Assembly (NCBI GenBank): GCA_039000985.1
Contig: JAWBMD010000002.1
Coordinates: 33,578 to 97,577, forward strand
DNA length: 64,000 nt
Direction of reading: 5' to 3'
From: Candidatus Aenigmatarchaeota archaeon
GTDB lineage: Archaea; Aenigmatarchaeota; Aenigmatarchaeia; CG10238-14; SpSt-28
Each line of letters opens with the position of its first letter. Position 1 is the stretch's first letter. The notes beneath the pieces are model-generated. The model did no database searches. It had not been told where the DNA came from and was given only the letters and a program-made list of their open reading frames with translations. Made by a program: the position numbers and the translations under genes. Positions 54,362 to 64,000 of this stretch are shown here, one piece after another.

Positions 54362-54514
54362 ATGTTAGCAATAGAGAAAAGTTTGAAGCATTGTACTAAT
54401 TGCTTGAACAATGCACATATAAAAGTTGAAATGGTAGAGCAAGAAGTTTTTGATGAATATTGGAGTAAAAGATTGTTTGTTTGCCCAAATTGTGGCTCAA
54501 CAAAATCAATTTAA
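54362..54514 (+). CDS. Possible 50-aa zinc-ribbon protein (below track cutoff)
   Basis: Hand translation gives MLAIEKSLKHCTNCLNNAHIKVEMVEQEVFDEYWSKRLFVCPNCGSTKSI*. Confidence 0.35.
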   Translation: MLAIEKSLKHCTNCLNNAHIKVEMVEQEVFDEYWSKRLFVCPNCGSTKSI

Positions 54515-55872
54515 TATTCCAAAAATTTCTTTTCAAACTCTTTAACAAATTCAACACTTCTTTTAACATCTGAAAATAATTTTTCAGCCTGCTTAACATG
54601 CTCAATGCTTGCTTTTTTATTGTTAGCTAAAATGCTTGTTGGAACAATTAATTGTAAAGCATATCTTAAAGAATTCTCTAAACCAAGCTTTGTTAAATAT
54701 TCTATTGCTTCATCATCAACATCAACTTTTTCATGCTTAATTCTAATTTTTATAATTTCTCTTATTTCTTTTTCTGTATATGGTCTTGTATTTATTATTA
54801 ATAATCTATCTAACAAATCTATTGGCATTGCATGTGGCGACTTATAATCCGTTCCTCTTATTGTCGCTATCCCTCTATTTGTTGCAAATATTAATATTGG
54901 AGAAAGCTCTTGCTCCATTGCTCTATTCAAAAATGCAAATGTTTCTATATCGAGCAAGCTACATTCATCTATAAAAATAACTCCAGGCACTAATTCTGCT
55001 TTCCCTTCTTTAACCATTTCTTTTACTAATTCATCAGTTTCTTTTCTTACTTCGCTATCTATTTCTTTTCTTTCAGCTCCAAAAATTAAGCTAGCTATAT
55101 CCAAGCTACTCCTTGCTCTCATCATATCTATTTGGTGTAAAGTTAGCAAATAAACAAATTCCTTTTCCTTAAAAACTTTTCCATCTGGTAAAGGAACAGG
55201 CTTATCGGCATAAAGCTCTTCTTCTCCTTTTTTAATAACTCTTTCACTTTTTCCATATTTAACAATTTTACCACCATCAACATCTATTGCAACAACATCT
55301 CCAACCTCAATACCTTGTTGAGCAAATTGAATAGCAAAAGTTTGATCTACATTAAGTTTTCTACTATCTTCTTTTGTTTCCAATTTTATAGTTGCACTAA
55401 CTGGAATTTGATAATAAGGATTATATGGATGTGGTTTATGTTTTATATCAAGCTCAATTACTTCTCCTTCATAAATTTTTTTCATCTCCCTAATCCTAAC
55501 TCCAATAGCTTTTCTTAATGTTTGTGTTAAAAATTCTGTTTTCTTAACTTCAGCACTATATATTTCGCTTGCAGCTAAATGAACAAATGGAACATCTTTT
55601 CCTAATTCTCTAGCTATTCCTATAGCTAATGCAGTTTTTCCACTTCCTGGTACACCAGCTAACAAAACTCCTTTACCTGCAAACTTCCCATCTTTTATCA
55701 TTCTAACAACAATACCAGCTGCTTCCCTAGCTTCCTCCTGACCAACAAATCCATCTGCAATAAACTCAGCTTTTAAACCCTTTAAACCTAAACCTTTTAT
55801 ATGACTATGTGCTGCTATTCTCTCAAATTCTTTAAGCTCGCTTGTATCAATAATTTCCCTAACTTCTGGCAT
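54511..55872 (-). CDS. RuvB-like AAA+ ATPase (TIP49/Pontin-Reptin homologue)
   Basis: AAHSHIKGLGL, Walker A GVPGSGKTA, Walker B VIFIDECSLLD and NRG...IRGT; 453 aa. Confidence 0.9.
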   Translation of the reverse strand: MPEVREIIDTSELKEFERIAAHSHIKGLGLKGLKAEFIADGFVGQEEAREAAGIVVRMIKDGKFAGKGVLLAGVPGSGKTALAIGIARELGKDVPFVHLAASEIYSAEVKKTEFLTQTLRKAIGVRIREMKKIYEGEVIELDIKHKPHPYNPYYQIPVSATIKLETKEDSRKLNVDQTFAIQFAQQGIEVGDVVAIDVDGGKIVKYGKSERVIKKGEEELYADKPVPLPDGKVFKEKEFVYLLTLHQIDMMRARSSLDIASLIFGAERKEIDSEVRKETDELVKEMVKEGKAELVPGVIFIDECSLLDIETFAFLNRAMEQELSPILIFATNRGIATIRGTDYKSPHAMPIDLLDRLLIINTRPYTEKEIREIIKIRIKHEKVDVDDEAIEYLTKLGLENSLRYALQLIVPTSILANNKKASIEHVKQAEKLFSDVKRSVEFVKEFEKKFLEY

Positions 55873-55905
55873 ATTATTATTAAATAAAAAATTATTTTAA
55901 AAACC

Positions 55906-57561
55906 TTACATATGTGAAAAGAAAAATATTTCTTTATCTTTTCTACAAAAACCAATTCTTATAAACTGAACAACTTCATCATATTTAACATTTTCAACAA
56001 TTTTTTCAGCTAAAGCATTTACTATTTCACCATTTGGGAAAAGTATTTTTATTTTAATAAATTCATCATTTAACCATTGAATTTTTTGATCTTCATAAAA
56101 AATTTCTTTTGTTAAAAACTCTGCTTTAAAATTTTCTTTAATCAAAAAACTTCCTAAACCAATAAAACCAATTCTTTTTCCAATATTTTTAAAATAATCA
56201 TTTTTTTCGATTAAAAACTTATTACTATTTATTTTAATTTTTCTAACTTTTTCCTTCATTTCTGGATGTAAAGGAATGCTAACTTCTTTTATTGAATTAT
56301 CAAAATTTTCAACTTCAATTTCAACTGGCTCTATTAAAGCAAAATATCTCATAGCTTCCTTATCCAAAAGCTTTCTATTTTTTGCGTATAAAATTTCAGC
56401 TGGAACAGTAACATCAGCCAAATTTAAGCCCATTTCCAAAATAACTTCCCTTATAGCTTCTTTTCTTATACCTCTTTTTCTTAAAGAAATTAAACTCCAA
56501 GTTCTTGGATCTTCCCAACCAATTAGTTTTCCTTTTTCTATAAGCTCCCTACTTTTAGATTTACTTAACTTAGCCTCTTTTTCTGCAATTTTCATCATAC
56601 CATAATGAACAAAAACACATTTTTTCCAACCAAAAATATTCCAAATATATTCTTCCATCATGTCCTCAATAACCAATTGCTTTCCTCTTAAAATGTGAGT
56701 AGTTCCCATTAAATAATCGTCTATTGCCCAACTAAATTCTAGCATTGGCCAAACTCTATATTTCTTTCCAACTCTAGGATGCTCTCTATCAGCTATTCTA
56801 ATTATAACTCTATCTCTAAAAGCTGGATCTTTATGCTTCATATCAGTTTTAATTCTGAGAATAGCTTCCCCTTCTTTAAATTCAGTAAACATTTTTTTCC
56901 AAAGCAATAAATTTTCTTCAATACTTCTATTTCTGCAACTGCATTCAATACCTAAAGCTCTATTCTTTCTTATTTCTTCTTTGCTACAAGTACAAACATA
57001 AGCAAAATTTTTTTTAATTAGTTCTTCTGCATATTTATAATAAATCTCTAATCTATCTGACTTATAATAAATTTCTGAAAAATTAACGCCAAGCCATTTC
57101 AAATCTTCTATTATCATTTCATAAGCTTCTTTTAATATTGGTTTTTCAACACTACCAATTGTATCATCAAAAAACAAAATTAACTTACCATTATATTTTT
57201 TCACATATTCATCATTCAATATAACCATTCTTGCATTTCCAATATGTAAAGGCCCAGAAGGATAGGGAGCTAATCTCATAACCAATTTTCCAATTTCAGC
57301 ATTTGGTAACTCTGGTAATTCTTTAATTTCTTCTTTTTTAATTATTTCAAATTTTTTTGCCTCTTTCTCAATTTCATTAAAGCTTAGTTTATTAACTTCC
57401 TCAACAATTTCTTTAATTTTTGGAATAATCTCCTTAATTTTTTGCTTTATTTCTGGCATTTCAGAAACTACTTTTGAAATAACAGCACTCAAATCAGCTT
57501 TGCCATTATGCAAATAAGCATTTAATATTGCATTTTTTCTTGCTATTTCTTCCAAGCTCAT
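55906..57561 (-). CDS. gltX: Glutamyl-tRNA synthetase (archaeal type)
   Basis: RLAPYPSGPLHIGNARMVILN (HIGH region), AKLSKSKS (KMSKS region), 551 aa. Confidence 0.8.
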   Translation of the reverse strand: MSLEEIARKNAILNAYLHNGKADLSAVISKVVSEMPEIKQKIKEIIPKIKEIVEEVNKLSFNEIEKEAKKFEIIKKEEIKELPELPNAEIGKLVMRLAPYPSGPLHIGNARMVILNDEYVKKYNGKLILFFDDTIGSVEKPILKEAYEMIIEDLKWLGVNFSEIYYKSDRLEIYYKYAEELIKKNFAYVCTCSKEEIRKNRALGIECSCRNRSIEENLLLWKKMFTEFKEGEAILRIKTDMKHKDPAFRDRVIIRIADREHPRVGKKYRVWPMLEFSWAIDDYLMGTTHILRGKQLVIEDMMEEYIWNIFGWKKCVFVHYGMMKIAEKEAKLSKSKSRELIEKGKLIGWEDPRTWSLISLRKRGIRKEAIREVILEMGLNLADVTVPAEILYAKNRKLLDKEAMRYFALIEPVEIEVENFDNSIKEVSIPLHPEMKEKVRKIKINSNKFLIEKNDYFKNIGKRIGFIGLGSFLIKENFKAEFLTKEIFYEDQKIQWLNDEFIKIKILFPNGEIVNALAEKIVENVKYDEVVQFIRIGFCRKDKEIFFFSHM

Positions 57562-57578
57562 AAAAATTTTTACGAAAA

Positions 57579-58331
57579 TTAAATCAAATTTGTTTTTTCT
57601 AAATCTGCTCTATATTTAAAAATTCTTACACCATAAGGATTAACCTTTTGAACATTTATAATTTTTAAGCATTTATATTCTTCTATTTTTTTATTCAAAA
57701 CACTAAAATCATTCTCTGGAGAAACAAAATATAAATGAATTTTTCCGTTTTCCTTTACTTTTTCTAAAGCCAAATCCAAAAAATCTAATGAATTTATTAT
57801 TGGCATTATTACTCTATCAAACTTTTCATTTTTTAATTCATTATTGCAAATTTCTCTAACGTCACCTTTAAACAAAATAACTTTATCCTCAACTTTATTC
57901 ATTTTAACATTTTCTTTTGCATATTCATGAGCAATTTCATTTTTTTCTATACAAAAAATTTTAATGTTTTCGCTTTTTGCTATTTGAATAGCTATTGGTG
58001 CAATACCAGAAAACATTAAAAGAATTTTTTCATTGTCATTAACTAAAGAAGCTAATCTTTTCCTTTCAATAGATTCTTTGCTTGAAAAATAAACTTTTGT
58101 TGGGTCAAGCTTTAACATTATACCATATTCTTTATGAATTACTTCGGTATTTTTTTCACCAGCAATTAATTCAAGCTTTTCCAATCTAAACTCTCCTTCT
58201 CTTTTACCAACTTTTTTTAAAATAGCTTTAACATTTTTATTATTTTTAAAAATCTTTTCAATATCTATTTCTCTCTCACTATCTACAATAGCAATTGCTT
58301 TTTCTCTTGAACCAATTATTTCTATGCTCAA
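57579..58331 (-). CDS. Trm5/Taw2-like (Met-10+) SAM-dependent tRNA methyltransferase
   Basis: MLKLDPTKVYFSSKESIERKR, ILLMFSGIAPIAIQIA and FDRVIMP motifs. Confidence 0.7.
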   Translation of the reverse strand: MSIEIIGSREKAIAIVDSEREIDIEKIFKNNKNVKAILKKVGKREGEFRLEKLELIAGEKNTEVIHKEYGIMLKLDPTKVYFSSKESIERKRLASLVNDNEKILLMFSGIAPIAIQIAKSENIKIFCIEKNEIAHEYAKENVKMNKVEDKVILFKGDVREICNNELKNEKFDRVIMPIINSLDFLDLALEKVKENGKIHLYFVSPENDFSVLNKKIEEYKCLKIINVQKVNPYGVRIFKYRADLEKTNLI

Positions 58332-58510
58332 GGCTTAAATTTCAAAACTATTTCTTCCTCGTCAACAGTAGTCAAAAAAACTTGCCTGCAACAATATCTT
58401 TTTATATCATATTTTTCAAAAAATTCCTTAATATCTTTAAATTTTTTAACTTCTTCCCAAAGATGTCCTATTACCTTACCACAAGTAAAGCACCTTATTG
58501 GGAGCAACAT
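58328..58510 (-). CDS. rpoN: DNA-directed RNA polymerase subunit N (Rpo10)
   Basis: MLLPIRCFTCGKVIGHLWEE...YCCRQVFLT. Confidence 0.9.
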   Translation of the reverse strand: MLLPIRCFTCGKVIGHLWEEVKKFKDIKEFFEKYDIKRYCCRQVFLTTVDEEEIVLKFKP

Positions 58511-58902
58511 TTTACTTCTCCACCAGCACTTTCAATTTTTGTTTTAGCATTTTTTGATGCAAAATCAATTGAAATCTTAACAGGAAAATCTATTTTTCCC
58601 CTACCTAGCAATTTTTCATAGCCCATAGCTTTCAAATCAATAACTTCATTAACATTCAAATCTTTTTCCTTAATCATTTTTACCAATTCATCTATATTAA
58701 TAATTTTAATTTCTTTTTTAGGCTTTTTAAACCCATGCTTTCCAATAGTCTCGCTTTCATATTTTAAAGTTGCAAACAATTTTGGTCCAAGCCTACCACC
58801 TCTACCTCTTCCTCCTCTTGATCCTTTCCCTCTCCACTTTTTATGGCTACCATGGTATGTTCTTTCCCCCCTCCTTCTTTTTTTCTCTCTTCTAACAACC
58901 AT
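58495..58902 (-). CDS. rpl15: Ribosomal protein uL15
   Basis: Basic Gly-rich N-terminus RRGERTYHGSHKKWRGKGSRGGRGRGG; 135 aa. Confidence 0.8.
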   Translation of the reverse strand: MVVRREKKRRRGERTYHGSHKKWRGKGSRGGRGRGGRLGPKLFATLKYESETIGKHGFKKPKKEIKIINIDELVKMIKEKDLNVNEVIDLKAMGYEKLLGRGKIDFPVKISIDFASKNAKTKIESAGGEVKCCSQ

Positions 58903-58933
58903 ATTATTATTCTCTACAAAGCTAAATAAATAT

Positions 58934-60046
58934 ATGGAAGTAACTCCTTGGGAAGTTATTGGAAAAATTGATTATGAAAAGCTCGTTAAAGAATTTGGCT
59001 TAAAGGAAATAGATGAAAACATATTAAAAATTTTTGAAGAGAAAATTGGAGAAATACATTTCTTATTAAAAAGAAAAATATTTTTTGCTCATAGAGATTT
59101 AGATTTGGCTTTAAAAAATGATTTCTTCCTTTATACTGGAAGAGGTCCTTCTGGTGAGATGCATATTGGCCATATAATACCTTTTTATTTTACAAAATGG
59201 TTGCAAGATAAGTTTGATACAAATGTTTACATTCAAATAACAGATGATGAAAAATTTTTAGTAAAAAAACATAGCTATGAAGAAATTCAAAAATTTGCAA
59301 ATGAAAACATTTTAGATATAGCTGCAGTTGGCTTTGATAGAAATAAAACATTCATTTTCAAAAATACAGAATACATAAAAAATATTTATCCATTAGCTAT
59401 AAAAATAGCAAAAAAAATAAATTTTACCACAATAAAAGCTGTTTTTGGTTTGAATAATCAAAGTAATGTTGGAATAATATTTTTTCCAGTACTACAAATG
59501 ATTCCTTGCTTTTTTGAAAAAAGATATTGTTTAATACCAGCAGCTGTTGATCAAGATCCTTATTGGCGAGTTCAAAGAGATATAGCAGAAAAATTTGGCT
59601 ATAAAAAATCATGTCAAATACATGGAAAATTTTTACCGCCTTTAACTGGATTAGAAGGAAAAATGAGTACTTCTTTACCAAATACAGCAATATTTTTGAA
59701 TGAAAATGAAAATTCTGTAAGAAGAAAAATTTACAAATATGCTTTTTCTGGTGGTCAGCCGAGTGTTGAGCTACATAGAAAGCTTGGTGGTAATGTTGAT
59801 GTAGATATTTCATATCAATGGCTTTATTTCTTTTTTGAAGAAGATGACAAAAAACTGGAAAAAATAAAAGAAGATTACAAAAGTGGAAAATTGCTTACTG
59901 GTGAACTAAAAGATATTTTAATTGAAAAAATTGTTAAATTTTTAGAAAAATTTAGAGAAAATAGAGAAAAAGCTAAAAATTTTGTTGATGACTATCTTTA
60001 TAATGGTAAATTAGCACAAAAAATGTGGGAAACTAAATTTGAATAA
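58934..60046 (+). CDS. trpS: Tryptophanyl-tRNA synthetase (archaeal/eukaryotic type)
   Basis: VTPWEVIGKIDYEKLVKEFG, YTGRGPSGEMHIGHIIPF (HIGH) and GKMSTS (KMSKS). Confidence 0.85.
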   Translation: MEVTPWEVIGKIDYEKLVKEFGLKEIDENILKIFEEKIGEIHFLLKRKIFFAHRDLDLALKNDFFLYTGRGPSGEMHIGHIIPFYFTKWLQDKFDTNVYIQITDDEKFLVKKHSYEEIQKFANENILDIAAVGFDRNKTFIFKNTEYIKNIYPLAIKIAKKINFTTIKAVFGLNNQSNVGIIFFPVLQMIPCFFEKRYCLIPAAVDQDPYWRVQRDIAEKFGYKKSCQIHGKFLPPLTGLEGKMSTSLPNTAIFLNENENSVRRKIYKYAFSGGQPSVELHRKLGGNVDVDISYQWLYFFFEEDDKKLEKIKEDYKSGKLLTGELKDILIEKIVKFLEKFRENREKAKNFVDDYLYNGKLAQKMWETKFE

Positions 60047-61295
60047 AATGCCTGCCAATCAATTAACTAAATTAAGTTCATTTGATGAAGTGGATGAAAA
60101 ATTTTGGAATGAAAAACCAATTCTAGAAACTTTAAAAACTGCTACAAATTTCTTTTTAAAATACATAGATAATACTGTACAAATTTGGGCCGCTAGTAGG
60201 GATTGGTTTATGGAGGAATGGGGTAGAGATACTTTCATCTCATTACCTGGTTTATTACTTGTTAATAAAAAGTTTGAAGAAGCTAGAAAAATTTTTGAAA
60301 GATTTGCAAGTTATGAAAAAGATGGTTTGATTCCAAATAGAATTACCAATAATGAAATAATATACAATAGTGCAGATGCTTCACTTTGGTTTATTAGAGC
60401 GCAAGAAGAATATGTAAAATACACTAACGATTGGGGATTCATTAAAAAAATAATGCCTATAAACAAAAAAATTTTAGAAAGCTATATAAATGGAACTGGA
60501 TATTTTAGATACGGAAAATTTCAAAGAATTTACATGGATAAAGATTACCTCATTGTTAGCCCACCCCAAGCAACATGGATGGATGCAGATGCATTTGGAA
60601 AAATTCCTCCTGTCACGCCAAGAAATGGAAAAGCAGTAGAAATAAATTCCTTGTTTTATAGAGCTATTAAGTTTATAGAAATTGCAGAAGAAAAAACAAA
60701 TATAAAAACTAATTTGCCAATCAAAGAAATTCGTGAAAATTTAAAGAAATCTTTCGAGAAAAAATTTTGGAATGAAAAAATTAATGCATTATATGACGTT
60801 ATAGAAGGGGATCCAAATGGTGCTTCTATAAGACCTAATATGATAATTGCAGTAAGTGATGGAGAAGATTTGATTCCAATCGACAAACAAATTTCTGTAT
60901 TCAATGTTGTTAAAGAACATTTGCTTACTCCGGGTGGTTTGAGAACTCTTTCTCCTACCGATCCTAACTATAAAGGTACTTACAATACTTATTTACCAAT
61001 AGAAGAAAAAGACTTATCTTATCATCAAGGTACTGCTTGGCCATGGTTATTTGGTAGATATATTGATACCCTAGTAAAAATTATGAAATACAAAAATGAA
61101 AATGAAGAATCTATCAAAAAAGAAATAAAAAGAGTTTTGGGCCCTATTGTCAAGTTTTGTTTAGAAAGCGAATATAAATCATTACCTGAACTTTTTTCAG
61201 GTGATTGGCCATATGAACCAGGTGGAACAACTTCTCAAGCATTTAGTGTTGCAGAAGTTTTAAGAGTTATTATTGAATATAAAATTTTAAGTTAA
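60039..61295 (+). CDS. Glycogen-debranching-enzyme-like (GDE_C, amylo-alpha-1,6-glucosidase family) six-hairpin glycosidase
   Basis: EEWGRDTFISLPGLLL, ADASLWFI and YHQGTAWPWLFG motifs. Confidence 0.75.
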   Translation: MNKMPANQLTKLSSFDEVDEKFWNEKPILETLKTATNFFLKYIDNTVQIWAASRDWFMEEWGRDTFISLPGLLLVNKKFEEARKIFERFASYEKDGLIPNRITNNEIIYNSADASLWFIRAQEEYVKYTNDWGFIKKIMPINKKILESYINGTGYFRYGKFQRIYMDKDYLIVSPPQATWMDADAFGKIPPVTPRNGKAVEINSLFYRAIKFIEIAEEKTNIKTNLPIKEIRENLKKSFEKKFWNEKINALYDVIEGDPNGASIRPNMIIAVSDGEDLIPIDKQISVFNVVKEHLLTPGGLRTLSPTDPNYKGTYNTYLPIEEKDLSYHQGTAWPWLFGRYIDTLVKIMKYKNENEESIKKEIKRVLGPIVKFCLESEYKSLPELFSGDWPYEPGGTTSQAFSVAEVLRVIIEYKILS

Positions 61296-61545
61296 ATCAA
61301 GCAACCACTTCCATAATGGAATACATTTAATTTCCTTATTATCTATTTTTAAAATATCCTCAAAATCCCAAGTTATTAATAACAAATTTTTACATTTTAA
61401 TAGCTTACTAGCCTTTAACAAAGTCTTTGTTTTTTTTCTTATTAATTTCATCTTTACTAGAAGTATAAGTTACTTGGATTAATTGTTTAATTTTTAACCT
61501 TCTTATGAGTAAAGATATTGGGAACGCTTTCAAACTAATTTCTAT
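61287..61545 (-). pseudogene. Start-less C-terminal remnant of a COG1373-type AAA+ ATPase gene
   Basis: Hand translation gives ...IQVTYTSSKDEINKKKTKTLLKASKLLKCKNLLLITWDFEDILKIDNKEIKCIPLWKWLLDLT*. This resembles the characteristic C-terminus of archaeal COG1373 ATPases. There is no upstream ATG and no P-loop part. Confidence 0.4.
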
Positions 61546-61586
61546 TTACTTTATCAGTTTAGACAAAAACTTAGAATTTTAAAGTT

Positions 61587-61790
61587 TTATTTCCTAAAAA
61601 TAAATCTTAAAAGCTTTAAAATAATAAAAAGAATTAAAATAAAAAGAGTATAATAAAAAACAATAGTTAAAATAACTATAAACCACATAGCTTTACCGAT
61701 TCCTTCTTGATAGATAAAAATGATATAAAAAATGAATCCAAAAAATAAAAGGTATGGTAAGAAAACAATATATTTTATTTTTACTTTCAC
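61587..61790 (-). CDS. Small two-TM hypothetical protein
   Basis: 67-aa hydrophobic ORF lying 1 nt downstream of the preceding gene. Confidence 0.35.
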   Translation of the reverse strand: MKVKIKYIVFLPYLLFFGFIFYIIFIYQEGIGKAMWFIVILTIVFYYTLFILILFIILKLLRFIFRK

Positions 61791-61791
61791 T

Positions 61792-62442
61792 TTAAGGAAT
61801 AAATTTAACTAAAGGTAAATCGTTTGTTTCACTAGAACCCAAAGGAGCTATGTCTCTACCAAAAGAGAGATGAGTAAAAACTACAACATCTATATTTTCG
61901 CTTTCAGGAATAGCTGAGATTAAATAATAAGTTCTTGTGTTAATCTCTTTTTTAGAATCAATTTTTGGTTCTTGTCTATCTTGAAATTCATAACAAACTT
62001 TTTTAATACTGTTACAAGCTCTGCCAGCTATTCTGTATTTAGTAATATCAACAATCAGCCAGTCTTTACTTTCTTTCTCAGCTCTAAAAACTTTAAACTT
62101 AATATAAACAACTTTATTATCATCTTTAGTTGTCAACTTACCAATTGGCGACTCTAAGTTCTTGCCTACTTTGTAATCTTCTAAAGTTAAATAACAGGAA
62201 CTATTCTCATCAACAAAAGAACCTACCTGATATAGTTTTAAGGTTTGTCCTAACTTTACCTCATTTATTCCTAGTTCTTCTAAACTTTTTAATAAAGCAA
62301 TTGAATATTCTCTAGATAAAATAGAGAGTCCCAACACTATATTTCTATTTTGTTTTTTAAACTTCTCATTAGAAAATATAAAAATTAAGATTACAAAGAT
62401 AAAAGGTAATAAAATTTTAAACTTTTTCATAATTAAACTCAT
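61792..62442 (-). CDS. Hypothetical secreted/membrane-anchored protein (216 aa)
   Basis: N-terminal KKFKILLPFIFVILIFIFS signal/anchor; no recognised domain. Confidence 0.45.
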   Translation of the reverse strand: MSLIMKKFKILLPFIFVILIFIFSNEKFKKQNRNIVLGLSILSREYSIALLKSLEELGINEVKLGQTLKLYQVGSFVDENSSCYLTLEDYKVGKNLESPIGKLTTKDDNKVVYIKFKVFRAEKESKDWLIVDITKYRIAGRACNSIKKVCYEFQDRQEPKIDSKKEINTRTYYLISAIPESENIDVVVFTHLSFGRDIAPLGSSETNDLPLVKFIP

Positions 62443-62540
62443 ATAAATTTAATTTACCTAACTTTCCTATAAATTTATCACTACAATCAGCTAAACCCTT
62501 TCTGGAGTGCTATTCATGAAAGATATTTAAATATGTAATT

Positions 62541-63500
62541 ATGAGCTTTATCAGAAAGCTTAAAATTAAAGATAAAACTTATCTTGTATAGGTAAAAAAT
62601 TTTTTAAGCAGAAATATGTTAGATATCTTGGTATAATTGTTTTAAAGATTAGGAAAGTATGTAGTTTTGATTTTGAAAAAGATTATGGAAGAATTAAATC
62701 TTAATGAAATAGTAGATAAAAAATTGTTAGCACTTTCTGTTTTAAATACTATTCAACCAAGCTCTATAAATATTCTTTAGACAAGATTTTTAATTTAGAA
62801 TTTATTCTTTAGAACTTTCAGAAAGGAGTTGGAGATTTATGAAAAGTTTAAGTCAAGCATAAAAAGAATTTTTTATGATATAACAAACATCTATTTCTAT
62901 GGAGCAAAATGTTATCTTGCTAAAAAAGGTTAATTACTATTACCTTGTATAAAAATAGGTTTAATTATAGATGACAAAGGCTTTCCAATATTCCACAAAA
63001 TATTTCCTGGCAATATAAGTTCCTATAAAACACTTGAATTAATAATAAATCTTCTAAAATCGGCTAAAGTTACTAATTGTACTCTTGTTTTAGAAGAATA
63101 TAGAGCTAGCTGAGAAAGAAGACTATTCCTTAATAATCGGAATTCCTAGAAAAGGAAAACTGAAAAGCATAAAATGGGAGCTTATAAAACTGAAAGTTAC
63201 AATGAACCAGAAGCTATAAGGATGAAAAGAATAGCCATACTTAAAGGAATTAAACCAAGGGATTATGGAATTTATATGCTGTATCCTAGCAAGGAGATGA
63301 AAAATAGCAATGCAGCAAACTTTAGATGTTTAAAAGTATTCTTGGTTTACTGTTGACTTGAGGGAAGAATAAACCTCCATTGAATTATATTTTAATGAAA
63401 ACTTCTCATTTGGAGCTAAGTATAGAAAAAGAGATTGAAGAGTTAAAGGGCATTTATAGAGTGGAGTTTGGATATCGACTCTCTCAAAAAATCAAGAAAG
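62541..63500 (+). pseudogene. Degraded DDE transposase gene (IS1634/IS4-like), multiple frameshifts and stops
   Basis: Fragments lie in different frames: MSFIRKLKIKDKTYLV*, KQKYVRYLG, FYDITNIYFYGAKCYLAKKG*, IGLIIDDKGFPIFHKIFPGNISSYKTLELII, TLVLEEYRAS* and DYSLIIGIPRKGKL. Together they follow the order of IS1634-type transposases. The right boundary is uncertain. Confidence 0.55.
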
Positions 63501-64000
63501 AATATTAAAATGTTTTAACATTATGGTATAGTGATAAAACAGACAAATAGATGTATTTTTTGGGAAAAGGCTTATTTTTCAATTAGCCCCATATATCTCC
63601 CATGTATTTTTGCGGGATCTAAGAAATTATGATGTTACTCTAAATCTTACAAGTAGAGTAAAAAAAATTAATTGAATTTGCTTCTAATCTATTCTTATAA
63701 AAACAGAATTAAAGTAGTTTAATTAATTGATATTAAACCTTCTAAGAAACTAGAAATATACTAAGAGTTCTCTTGATCCTAACTTTTTTGTTTTGCTACA
63801 CTAAGCTGGTAATAGGTAAAACTTATGTGTCAACAATCAGTAATGTGGTATTAATTATTCAAGACGAAATTGTCGTACTGAATATAACTAGCGTTATTAT
63901 ACCTAATATAACTGATGGTATGACCCACACTACAAGGAATACTTTCTTCATGCTGATTGAGTGAAGTACAGATAATCCCTTTAGATTTAAATAGAATGAA

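Noticed and set aside
54396-54605. Minus-strand 69-aa ORF between udg and the TIP49 gene
   Set aside because: It overlaps the TIP49 3' end out of frame and is antisense to a cleaner CxxC...CxxC 50-aa ORF. It has no motif.
1-64000. CRISPR arrays or other regularly spaced repeats
   Set aside because: None was seen. The repetitive-looking stretches are AT-rich low complexity or coding repeats. The only clear long repeats are the GT2-fragment pair and the rRNA processing stem.
63540-64000. Track ORF 63773-63964 and the surrounding sequence, considered as a coding gene
   Set aside because: No motif is present, stops occur in all other frames on both strands, and it lies in the decayed IS-associated region. 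I left it unannotated.

Overview
The window is an AT-rich archaeal chromosome segment. Archaeal markers include L18e-L13-S9, uL2, uL15, RpoN, aTrm56, TIP49, FtsZ plus SepF, AMP phosphorylase and archaeal-type Val/His/Glu/Trp-tRNA synthetases. A small-genome DPANN-like lineage is my inference only, drawn from composition and gene content. Most of the window is housekeeping, but several things stand out. (1) A circularly permuted tRNA-Ile(GAU) gene at 39081-39180 has its 3' half upstream of its 5' half, and leader and trailer form a canonical bulge-helix-bulge (BHB) motif. (2) A 23S rRNA gene not linked to 16S or 5S carries five introns: four ORF-less mini-introns with textbook BHB motifs, and a 651-nt intron encoding a LAGLIDADG endonuclease at the peptidyl-transferase-centre sequence. 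(3) Two giant NxS/T-rich surface-protein genes are present. One, covering more than 7.3 kb at the left edge, is absent from the supplied ORF track and contains an intein-like Hint domain that lacks a +1 nucleophile. (4) A roughly 3.6 kb restriction/defence islet holds a frameshifted DUF262-DUF1524 GmrSD-like gene, a DNA methyltransferase and an unknown 192-aa partner. It is bracketed by direct repeats about 200-250 bp long derived from the adjacent glycosyltransferase gene. (5) A single ORF fuses triosephosphate isomerase to NMN adenylyltransferase. (6) The right end is a gene-decay zone with an IS transposase pseudogene and an ATPase fragment. Six tRNA genes are present, and three are disrupted (two canonical-position introns and the permuted gene). 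No CRISPR array was seen. All calls rest on reading motifs by eye, with no database search.
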